Shown here one piece after another: positions 18,001-29,635 of a DNA stretch of 64,000 nt (positions are counted from its first letter, which is position 1; each line of letters begins with the position of its first letter). Made by a program: the position numbers and the translations under genes. The stretch comes from Eledone cirrhosa (lineage: Eukaryota), in assembly GCA_964016885.1 (NCBI GenBank), contig OZ024756.1, forward strand, positions 43,400,001 through 43,464,000, written 5' to 3'. The notes below the pieces were generated by a model, which was given only the letters and a program-made list of their open reading frames with translations, did not search any database and had not been told where the DNA came from.

Positions 18001-21000
18001 ACACACACTAGAGACAGACATTGGACACACACTATAGACAGACATTGGACACACACTAGAGACAGACATTGGACACACACTAGAGACAGACATTGGACAC
18101 ACACACTAGAGACAGATATTGGACACACACACTAGAGACAGACATTGGACACACACACTAGAGACAGACATTGGACACACACACACTAGACAGACATTGG
18201 ACACACACCAGAGACAGACATTGGACGCACACTAGAGACAGACATTGGACACACACTAGAGAGAGACATTGGACACACACTAGAGACAGACATTGGACAC
18301 ACACTAGAGACAGACATTAGACACACACAAGAGACAGACATTGGACACACACTAGAGACAGGCATTGGACACACACTAGAGACAGACATTGGACACACAC
18401 TAGAGACAGACATTGGACACACACCAGAGACAGACATTGGAGACACACTAGAGACAGACATTGGACACACACTAGAGACAGACATTGGACACACACTAGA
18501 GACAGACATTGGACACACACTAGAGAGAGACATTGGACACACACAGTAGAGAAAGACATTGGACACACACTAGAGACAGACATTGGACACACACTAGAGA
18601 CAGACATTGGAAACACAATAGAGACAGACATAGGACACACAATAGAGACAGACATTTGACATACACTAGAGACAGACATTGGACACACAATAGAGACAGA
18701 CATAGGACACACACTAGAGACAGACATTAGACACACACTAGAGACAGACATTGGACACACACTAGAGACAGACATTGGACACACACTAGAGACAGACATT
18801 GGACACACACTAGAGACACACTCATTGGACACACAATAGAGATAGACATAGGACACAGACTAGAGACAGACATTTGACACACACTAGAGACAGACATTGG
18901 AAACACACACTAGAGAGAAATCGACACACACTGGAGACAGACATTGGACACACACACTAGAGACAGACATTGGACACACACTAGAGACAGACATTGGACA
19001 CACACTAGAGAGAGACATTGGACACACACAGTAGAGAAAGACATTGGACACACACTAGAGACAGACATTGGACACACACTAGAGACAGACATTGGACACA
19101 CACTAGAGAGAGACATTGGACACACACTAGAGACAGACATTGGACACTGACACTAGTGACAGACATTGGACACACACTAGAGACAGACATTAGACACACA
19201 CACTAGAGACAGACATTGGACACACACTAGAGACACACATTAGACACACACTAGAGACAGACATTGGACACACACTAGAGACAGACATTGGACACACACT
19301 CTAGAGACAGACATTGGACACACACTAGAGACAGACATTAGACACACACAATAGAGACAGACATTGGACACACACTAGAGACAGACATTGGACACACACT
19401 AGAGACAGACATTGGACACACACTAGAGACAGACATTGGACACACACTAGAGACAGACATTGGACACACACCAGAGACAGACATTGGAGACACACTAGAG
19501 ACAGACATTGGACGCACACTATAGACAGACATTGGACACACACTAGAGACAGACATTGGACACACACTAGAGACAGACATTGGACACACACACTAGAGAC
19601 AGATATTGGACACACACTAGAGACAGACATTAGACACACACTAGAGACAGACATTGGACACACACTAGAGACAGACATTGGACACGAAATAGAGACAGAC
19701 ATAGGACACACAATAGAGACAGACATTTGACACACACTAGAGACAGACATTGGACACAGAATAGAGACAGACATAGGACACACACTAGAGACAGACATTG
19801 GACACACACTAGAGACAGACATTGGACACACACTAGAGAGAAATCGACACACACTGGAGACAGACATTGGACACACACACTAGAGACAGACATTGGACAC
19901 ACACTAGAGACAGACATTGGACACACACTAGAGAGAGACATTGGACACACACAGTAGAGAAAGACATTGGACACACACTAGAGACAGACATTGGACACAC
20001 ACTAGAGACAGACATTGGACACACACTAGAGAGAGACATTGGACACACACTAGAGACAGACATTGGACACTGACACTAGTGACAGACATTGGACACACAC
20101 TAGAGACAGACATTAGACACACACACTAGAGACAGACATTGGACACACACTAGAGACAGACATTAGACACACACTAGAGACAGACATTGGACACACACTA
20201 GAGACAGACATTGGACACACACTCTAGAGACAGACATTGGACACACACTAGAGACAGACATTAGACACACACAATAGAGACAGACATTGGACACACACTA
20301 GAGACAGACATTGGACACACACTAGAGACAGACATTGGACACACACTAGAGACAGACATTGGACACACACTAGAGACAGACATTGGACACACACCAGAGA
20401 CAGACATTGGAGACACACTAGAGACAGACATTGGACGCACACTATAGACAGACATTGGACACACACTAGAGACACACATTGGACACACACTAGAGACAGA
20501 CATTGGACACACACACTAGAGACAGATATTGGACACACACTAGAGACAGACATTAGACACACACTAGAGACAGACATTGGACACACACTAGAGACAGACA
20601 TTGGACACGAAATAGAGACAGACATAGGACACACAATAGAGACAGACATTTGACACACACTAGAGACAGACATTGGACACAGAATAGAGACAGACATAGG
20701 ACACACACTAGAGACAGACATTAGACACACACTAGAGACAGACATTGGACACACACTAGAGACAGACATTGGACACACACTAGAGACAGACATTGGACAC
20801 ACACTAGAGACAGACATTGGACACACACTAGAGACAGTCATTGGACACACTCTATAGACAGACATTGGACACAAACTAGAGACAGACATTTGACACACAC
20901 TAGAGACAGACATTGGAAACACACACTAGAGAGAAATCGACACACACTGGAGACAGACATTGGACACACACACTAGAGACAGACATTGGACACACACTAG

Positions 21001-24000
21001 AGACAGACATTGGACACACACTAGAGAGAGACATTGGACTCACACAGTAGAGAAAGACATTGGACACACACTAGAGACAGACATTGGACACACACTAGAG
21101 AGAGACATTGGACACACACTAGAGACAGACATTGGACACTGACACTAGGGACAGACATTGGACACACACTAGAGACAGACATTAGACACACACACTAGAG
21201 ACAGACATTGGCCACACACTAGAGACAGACATTAGACACACACTAGAGACAGACATTGGACACACACTAGAGACAGACATTGGACACACACTCTAGAGAC
21301 AGACATTGGACACACACTAGAGACAGACATTAGACACACACAAGAGACAGACATTGGACACACACTAGAGACAGACATTGGACACACACTAGAGACAGAC
21401 ATTGGACACACACTAGAGACAGACATTGGACACACTCTATAGACAGACACTGGACACACACTAGAGACAGACATTGGACACACACTAGAGACAGACATTG
21501 GACACAGACACTAGACACATACATTGGACACACACAGTAGAGAAAGACATTAGACACACACTAGAGACAGACATTGGACACACACTAGAGACAGACATTG
21601 GACACAGACACTAGAGAAAGACATTGGACACACACTACAGACAGACATTAGACACACACTAGAGACAGACATTGGACACACACTAGAGACCGACATTGGA
21701 CACACACTAGAGACAGACATTGGACACACACTAGAGACAGACATTGGACACACACCAGAGACAGACATTGGACACACACTAGAGACAGACATTGGACACA
21801 CACTAGAGACAGGCATTGGACACACATTAGAGACAGACATTGGACACACACGCTAGAGACAGACATTGGACACACACTAGAGACAGACATTGGACACACA
21901 CTAGAGACAGACATTGGACACACACTAGAGACAGACATTGGACACACACACTAGAGAGAAATTGGACACACACTGGAGACAGACATTGGACACACACACT
22001 AGAGACAGACATTGGACACGGACTAGAGACAGACATTGGACACACACAGTAGAGAAAGACATTGGACACAGTCTAGAGATAGACATTGGACACACACTAG
22101 AGACAGCCATTGGACACACACTAGAGACAGACATTGGACACAGACACTAGAGACAGACATTGGACACACACTAGAAACAGACATTAGACACACACACTAT
22201 AGACAGACATTGGACACAAACTAGAGACAGACATTGGACACAAACTAGAGAGAGACATTGGACACACACTAGAGACAGACATTGGACACACACTATAGAC
22301 AGACATTGGACACACACTAGAGACAAACATTGGACACACACTAGAGACAGACATTGGACACACACACTAGAGACAGATATTGGACACACACACTAGAGAC
22401 AGACATTGGACACACACACTAGAGACAGACATTGGACACACACACACTAGACAGACATTGGACACACACCAGAGACAGACATTGGACGCACACTAGAGAC
22501 AGACATTGGACACACACTAGAGAGAGACATTGGACACACACTAGAGACAGACATTGGACACACACTAGAGACAGACATTAGACACACACAAGAGACAGAC
22601 ATTGGACACACACTAGAGACAGGCATTGGACACACACTAGAGACAGACATTGGACACACACTAGAGACAGACATTGGACACACACCAGAGACAGACATTG
22701 GAGACACACTAGAGACAGACATTGGACACACACTAGAGACAGACATTGGACACACACTAGAGACAGACATTGGACACACACTAGAGAGAGACATTGGACA
22801 CACACAGTAGAGAAAGACGTTGGACACACACTAGAGACAGACATTGGACACACACTAGAGACAGACATTGGAAACACAATAGAGACAGACATAGGACACA
22901 CAATAGAGACAGACATTTGACACACACTAGAGACAGACATTGGACACACAATAGAGACAGACATAGGACACACACTAGAGACAGACATTAGACACACACT
23001 AGAGACAGACATTGGACACACACTAGAGACAGACATTGGACACACACTAGAGACAGACATTGGACACACACTAGAGACAGACATTGGACACACACTAGAG
23101 ACACACTCATTGGACACACAATAGAGATAGACATAGGACACAGACTAGAGACAGACATTTGACACACACTAGAGACAGACATTGGAAACACACACTAGAG
23201 AGAAATCGACACACACTGGAGACAGACATTGGACACACACACTAGAGACAGACATTGGACACACACTAGAGACAGACATTGGACACACACTAGAGAGAGA
23301 CATTGGACACACACAGTAGAGAAAGACATTGGACACACACTAGAGACAGACATTGGACACACACTAGAGACAGACATTGGACACACACTAGAGAGAGACA
23401 TTGGACACACACTAGAGACAGACATTGGACACTGACACTAGTGACAGACATTGGACACACACTAGAGACAGACATTAGACACACACACTAGAGACAGACA
23501 TTGGACACACACTAGAGACAGACATTAGACACACACTAGAGACAGACATTGGACACACACTAGAGACAGACATTGGACATACACTCTAGAGACAGACATT
23601 GGACACACACTAGAGACAGACATTAGACACACACAATAGAGACAGACATTGGACACACACTAGAGACAGACATTGGACACACACTAGAGACAGACATTGG
23701 ACACACACTAGAGACAGACATTGGACACACACTAGAGATAGACATTGGACACACATCAGAGACAGACGTTGGAGACACACTAAAGACAGACATTGGACAC
23801 ACACTAGAGACAGACATTGGACACACACTAGAGACAGACATTGGACACACATTAGAGACAGACATTGGACACACACACTAGAGACAGACATTGGACACAC
23901 ACTAGAGATAGACATTGGACACACACTAGAGACAGACATTAGACACACACTAGAGACAGATATTGGACACACACTAGAGACAGACATTGGACACACACTA

Positions 24001-24650
24001 GAGACACACATTGGACACACACTAGAGACTGACATTGGACACACACACTAGAGACAGACACTGGATACACAGTGGAGGCAGACATTGGACACACACTAGA
24101 GACAGACATTGGACACACACACTAGAGACAGACATTAGACACACACTAGAGACAGATATTGGACACACACTAGAGACAGACATTGGACACACACACTAGA
24201 GACAGACATTAGACACACACTAGAGACAGACATTGGACACACACACTAGAGACAGACATTGGATACACAGTGGAGGCAGACATTGGACACACACTAGAGA
24301 CAGACATTGGACACACACACTAGAGACAGACATTAGACACACACTAGAGACAGATATTGGACACACACTAGAGACAGACATTGGACACACACACTAGAGA
24401 CAGACATTAGACACACACTAGAGACAGACATTGGACACACACACTAGAGACAGACATTGGATACACAGTGGAGGCAGACATTGGACACACACTAGAGACA
24501 GACATTGGACACACACACTAGAGACAGACATTAGACACACACTAGAGACAGACATTGGACACACACTAGAGACAGACATTGGACACACACTAGAGACTGA
24601 CATTGGACACACACACTAGAGACAGACATTGGACACACACACTAGAGAAA
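1..24650. repeat. 24-bp tandem satellite, left array (consensus CACACTAGAGACAGACATTGGACA), runs off the window start; intronic, downstream of the V-like Ig exon of gene 2
   Basis: Uninterrupted head-to-tail monomers with point variants and frequent +/-2 bp (CA) length variants. It decays into CA/GA simple sequence at ~24650-24790. Confidence 0.99.
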
Positions 24651-24890
24651 GACTCATACACACACTATAGAGAAACATTACATTACACACACACACTAGA
24701 GAGAGATATTACACATACACTGGAGAGAGACGTTACATACAAACAATCATACATACACATACACACAGATACATCCATGTGCACACACATATATATATAA
24801 TATAGATAACATTAAAAACAATAAGTATTTCTAACTGAAATGAAACAACAACAAAAGTGATGACTAATGAGAAAATGGAATAAAACTTAC

Positions 24891-25256
24891 TTTTTACAGA
24901 CTTTGGTGGGGATTTTTCGTTATTTGTGGCACACTGAAAATTTGTTGCATCTTCGCAATTAGGGTTATTTTTCCAGCACTGATACTCTCCATTCCATCCC
25001 TTATTTGCTGGTATTTTACAGTCAAAACCAGGTGTAACTACTCCTCTCTGAAATACTGTTTTATCTTTGTTGTAATTAAATTGTAAAACCTGAGTTCCAT
25101 TTCGTAGGAGTCTCAAGACAGTTACCACATTTAAGTCACCAGTTAGCTTACATGTTATATTTATTCTAGCTGATGATCCAACTTCAAATTCAGGTGTTAT
25201 ATTTATTCTAGCTGATGATCCATCTTCAAATTCAGGTGTTATATTTAGTGATACCC
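24891..25256 (-). CDS. Gene 2 exon: N-terminal V-like immunoglobulin domain, 366 nt, phase 1-1
   Basis: Acceptor cttccatattttatatatag|GG and donor AAA A|gtaagt. Translation VSLNITPEFEDGSSARINITPEFEVGSSARINITCKLTGDLNVVTVLRLLRNGTQVLQFNYNKDKTVFQRGVVTPGFDCKIPANKGWNGEYQCWKNNPNCEDATNFQCATNNEKSPPKSVK has a B-strand ITC and an F-strand D-x-x-x-F-x-C, Leu at the usual Trp position, and extra Cys. Confidence 0.82.
25153..25247. repeat. In-frame 42-bp tandem duplication inside the V-like exon
   Basis: tgttatatttattctagctgatgatcca(a/t)cttcaaattcagg starts at 25153 and 25195, with a partial third copy at 25237. One substitution (D/V) separates the two full copies. Confidence 0.95.
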
Positions 25257-26639
25257 CTATATATAAAATATGGAAGAGCAGAAAATGATTAGACAAAGAT
25301 TTATTTAAAAAATAACATATATAATGGCAGGTAGAGAATAACTAAGACGGAGAAGAAATCAATAATAGAAAAAGGAGAGAAAATACAGTTGTGAATGATA
25401 AAATAAGGAGAAGTTGTGAATGATAAAACTGAAGATGAAAAAGAAGAGGAGAAAGAAAAAAAATGAAAAAGAAAAAAGAAGAAAAAAGGTGAAGAAGAAG
25501 AAAGACAAAGAAGAAGAATCATGTAGACTGATGGAGAGAAACATGGAGTATGAGATGGTGTGTGTGTGACAGTAAAATGTGTATCTCCTTTGTTAGATTG
25601 GTTTCCCCATTAGAGGTAAGTCGGGTCAGGTGACCATGCCTTTCTCATATAGAACTATTTCTGGCTAGGTTTCTACAGCTGGATGCCCTTCATATTTGTA
25701 GTGTGGTGAGTACTTTTTGTTGTGACACCTACATGACCACTGTAGTTATATATACAACGTTGACTGGTAACTCTGAAGATATGTGCTAACATTTATTGCA
25801 TTTACAGAAAGTTTTTAATGTTTTATGTTGGCAATTGAAGATTCAATCATGCTAGGAATTTTGTAGGTCCTTTCCAGTTACTTTGGGGCCACGCTGTATA
25901 TTGGAAATTGGAAATGTTCAAACCTTTTAAAAGTTTCTTTCGTTCTGTGTGATCTGTAGAATTGACGTGACTTAGCGTCTAAGGAAATCCGGGGGAAAAA
26001 ACCCCTACAGAAAAATCCAGAGAGTCAGAAAAAAGGACAATCAGGCAGATAGGTAGAGTTATAGTTGACTAATATCTGACATCCCTTGGGACCGGAGGTG
26101 TAACTAGGTAAAATAGCATTTATGGCAAGCAATGAAATTCTGCCAAAACAACTGACACCCATCTTTCTTTTAGATAACCATGAAATCAGCTCAAAAATAC
26201 CAATCACGCCGTTGTGAAATAACTATATATATATATATCATAACCAGATCAATGATGATACATAGTCATCTGATCCAGAAATATTATACGGAGTAGCGAA
26301 ACAATTGTAAACGGGCATTATTATTATTATTATTATTCTCTACATTCCTTACATCAAACTAACTATGTTGACAATCTTTTAATAATGTCTTCCTTGTGAA
26401 ATTTGTGGTCTTGTTTTGCTTAACTAATGAATATTTCCAGCTCTGCGCACCTAACCTCTGCATGAACCCAGCCACCTAGCTGCTTTCTACTGCATATTGC
26501 ACATTGAGCACATGTCTTTACGCTTTGGCTTCTAACTAACTCACCAATCTTTCCTCTCATATCTCCTCTACTATCTCAATCTCTCTCTTTAAGACTGGTT
26601 ACTCTTGAACTGTGTATATGTATAATATATATATATGTA

Positions 26640-26780
26640 TAATTGCTTCTACTTTTGGCACAAGGCTAGCAATTATCACAGTGTATTACTGGTACTTTAT
26701 TTTATCGACCCCGTAAGGATGAAAGGCAAAGTTAACCTCGGCGGGATTTGAACTCAGTCCATAAAGGGACGTAACTGTGC
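26640..26780 (-). mobile_element. SINE copy (same family)
   Basis: Reverse complement of the core: ggtactttattttatcgaccccgtaaggatgaaaggcaaagttaacctcggcgggatttgaac. Confidence 0.85.
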
Positions 26781-26934
26781 TAATGGTTTCTAATTGGATA
26801 TAGAGTGTATAAGAGAAGACTGTGTTGGTATGAACATGTGATGTCTATGGAAGGTAACAACAGAGAATCTCCTGGAAGAGGTAGATCTAAGGAAACATGG
26901 CAGGAAGTAGTGATATGATAGAGATATGACCCAT

Positions 26935-27050
26935 TATGTTCAAATACCGCCAAGTGGGCTTTGCCTTTCATCCTTACGGGGTCGATAAAATAAGGTACCA
27001 GTAATGCACTGGGATAATTGCTGGCCTTGTGCCAAAAGTAAAACAAATTA
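26935..27050 (+). mobile_element. SINE copy (same family), inverted relative to 26640-26780
   Basis: gttcaaataccgcc...gcctttcatccttacggggtcgataaaataaggtaccagtaat...ccttgtgccaaaagta. Confidence 0.85.
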
Positions 27051-27289
27051 TTACTATTGATCTCAAACAGGTATTAATATACAAAGTTAGAAGACTAACA
27101 AGGGACGGAACTGTAACTGATGAAAGCTGAACCATGTATATTTGGCTGGTAGGGCTAATGTCTTACCTGGGCATATATTGAGGGGGAGAGAGAGGGAGGG
27201 ATGAGGGGGAGAGAGGCAGGGATGAGGGGGATAGAGAGGGAGAAAGCAAAATAAAAGGGGGAAACACAGTAATAATCGTTTCTGATTAA

Positions 27290-27480
27290 GGAACAAAGCC
27301 AGCAATTTTAGGGGTGAGGAAAATTTAATTAAATCGACCACAGGGCGTGACTGATACTTTATTTTATCGACCCTGTAAGGAGGAAAGGCAAAGCTAACCA
27401 CGGCTGGATTTGAACTGAGAATGTAAAGGGTTATAACTCTATGTCGCGAAGTAGGGTGCCTGTCACTCTACCGATTATTG
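27290..27480 (-). mobile_element. SINE copy, diverged
   Basis: tactttattttatcgaccctgtaaggaggaaaggcaaagctaaccacggctggatttgaac. Confidence 0.75.
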
Positions 27481-27522
27481 CTACTCCACTACCTGCGTGT
27501 AAGAGAGAAGGAAAGTGTATAT

Positions 27523-27566
<44 letters not shown>

Positions 27567-27645
27567 GAGAGAGAGGGAGGTGGAGTGTGTAAAAGACAGA
27601 GAGAGCAACATGGGGAAAATTAAATTGTCTTTTGTCTTAACTTAC

Positions 27646-27766
27646 CGCCTGAAGTGGAACGAGCCATCATCATCATCACCATAACTATTACCATAGTCCT
27701 CAACAGGTTGGGCAGAAATAAGCGCCGACTGCCCCCATCAACAGTTGTAATATAACAGCAAGACAT
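27646..27766 (-). CDS. Gene 2 first coding exon: signal/leader peptide, 121 nt, ends in phase 1
   Basis: ATG at 27766. Translation MSCCYITTVDGGSRRLFLPNLLRTMVIVMVMMMMARSTSG has a basic n-region, a hydrophobic core and a small-residue cleavage region. Donor GGC G|gtaagt splices in frame to the exon at 25256. Confidence 0.78.
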
Positions 27767-28047
27767 ACTTTGATCCAGGTAAAATATGAATTATAACAGA
27801 AATAAAAAAATATTTTACAATAGATTTTCTTGTCTAATTAATGTCTGTGGTGTAATAAAATTAATTAAAAGAAATGTACAAATTATAAGGTAATTAAACA
27901 GGTTAATCTAAACATAAATATTGTGAATATGTGAAGTTATGTGTGTGTGTGTGTGTGTGTGTAAAAGGTAAACAGAAGTAACAACACAATCGGTACAGTA
28001 TATGGAAGGTATATATTAGGTTAACGATTGAAATAGCAGGAAGAGGG

Positions 28048-28083
28048 TCTTAACGTTTCGGACGCTAGTCCTTCATCAGAAGA
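28048..28083 (-). ncRNA. Minimal type-I hammerhead ribozyme (Penelope/retrozyme type)
   Basis: Minus strand reads TCTT-CTGATGA-A-GGAC-TAGC-GTCC-GAAA-CG-TT-AAGA. It has the intact core CUGAUGA/GAAA/UH, stem I TCTT:AAGA, stem II GGAC:GTCC and a palindromic (AACGTT) stem III. Confidence 0.8.
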
Positions 28084-28419
28084 AAGAAAGACAAATAAGA
28101 TAGATTGAAGGGACGGGCGGGTTGGAATTGAAAAAATGTCTTTAGATAAAAATAATAGGTCCATTCATGTTGACATCTCTTCGAAAATCGTTGATACTGG
28201 CGTTTTGTGTATGATTTATTTTTTTAGAAAAGTGGATGATGGAGCGCGTCTACCTGAAATAAAAAAAAACCGTTTTGGAGAAAGAGCTATACTTGTGCGC
28301 GTGCGTATGCATGTGTGTTCGTACGAAGCTAAGCGGAAATGTGTGTGTATATGTAAGTAAAAGTGTGTGTGTGTGCTTGTAAGTGCGAAGCTATCAGTAA
28401 AACTATGTTAATATAAGGG

Positions 28420-28603
28420 CGGTGGATTGGCAGTATCGGTAGATAGTCTGACACCATGCTTTTAAGCATAGAGTTACGTCCCTTTATGATCTGATTTCAA
28501 ATTCCGCCGAGGTTAACTTTGCCTTTCATCCTTACGGGGTCGATAAAATAAAGTACCAATAATGTACTGCGTGATTGCTGGCCTTGTGCCAAAAGTAGAA
28601 ACA
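28420..28603 (+). mobile_element. tRNA-related SINE copy with 10-bp target-site duplication
   Basis: A-box-like tggcagtatcgg and B-box-like tttcaaattcc, with core gcctttcatccttacggggtcgataaaataaagtacc (Meta-domain-like from memory). Flanked by aatataaggg at 28410-28419 and 28604-28613. Confidence 0.85.
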
Positions 28604-29635
28604 AATATAAGGGTGTGTATGTGAAGGGAAAAGTGTAGTTTGCATATTTTGTCGGTCTGTATTAGTTGTCAGAGAATATGTTTCTGCCCATAAGAGAGCC
28701 ATAGGAATCTAGGGGTGAATGTACAAGCCCGTGTGATAATGGACGGGGTATTAAAGAAATTGGGAGGTGAGTTGAGTCCATGAGGGAAATAGAACCCAAG
28801 GCGGTGAATCAGATAGAATTGTGTGGGTTATTAAATCGTGACGTTCTTTCTTGCAAATATCGAAAAATGCATAATATGACAAAGTTAGTTTTCCTTGTTT
28901 TATTAAACCCCAGAATGAAAGTAGTTAAAATAATCCGTATGTGAATAAACAACACATATACCCCATATATATTTCTCTAGAGTGGTGAGCGTGTATTAGA
29001 GAAACATATATTTTGAAATGAAATCTAAAAACAAAAGAACGACCAACTTTTAAAAATGGAACAAGTTGCAGGTAATATAGTAACAGGTTATTTTACCTCA
29101 ACTGATTTGTCTTGTAAATTAGTAGCAGCACAAATACACACTTACGTATGTAGCGTTCCAAATGTTATGATCAAAGAACGCCGTCTTATCATCTAACTCT
29201 CTGTGACAGAGTTTAGTTATTTTTTCTTCTTAAAATCCCAATAAAATTTTCTCTCTCCTTATTGACATGTATTTCTTTTTTCTCCCCTGTCTAGACATGT
29301 CTTTCTTTCTCTCCCACTCACTTCCCTGGTCTTTAGTTCTCTCTATCGATTTCTCTCACATTCTTTCATCTCTCCGTCTCTCTATTTCTCTTTCTCTCAC
29401 ATCCTCTATGTCCTTCTCTATAGAATGGAGAAAGAGAGATAATTCCAAAACAAAATGGCCTGATTGTTTTCAAATGATAACTGGAAAATAAATAACATTG
29501 AATTCCATATAAATTACTGTTTCGTTTCATTTTTCTTCTTTCATATTTCCACCCATATTTGCAAAGTTAACCTTGGCGGGATAATAAATGATTCTTTTGC
29601 AAGCAAACCTCAATACGCTATGTTTTTTTAGAAGA

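Larger units (their letters stand above)
28040..28900 (-). mobile_element. Degenerate Penelope-like element remnant (GIY-YIG C-terminus plus hammerhead-bearing terminal repeat); boundaries uncertain
   Basis: Minus-strand 28771-28815 translates YLIHRLGFYFPHGLN, resembling the I..L....P.GLN end of Penelope endonucleases. The hammerhead lies downstream on the same strand. Confidence 0.5.

Noticed and set aside
1-24650. CRISPR-like array
   Set aside because: Monomers are directly adjacent with no unique spacers, there are no cas genes, and the context is eukaryotic.
29100-29200. Possible non-coding 5' exon of gene 2 (minus-strand gtaagt donor at ~29145)
   Set aside because: No convincing acceptor upstream of the ATG at 27766, so it cannot be supported without transcript data.
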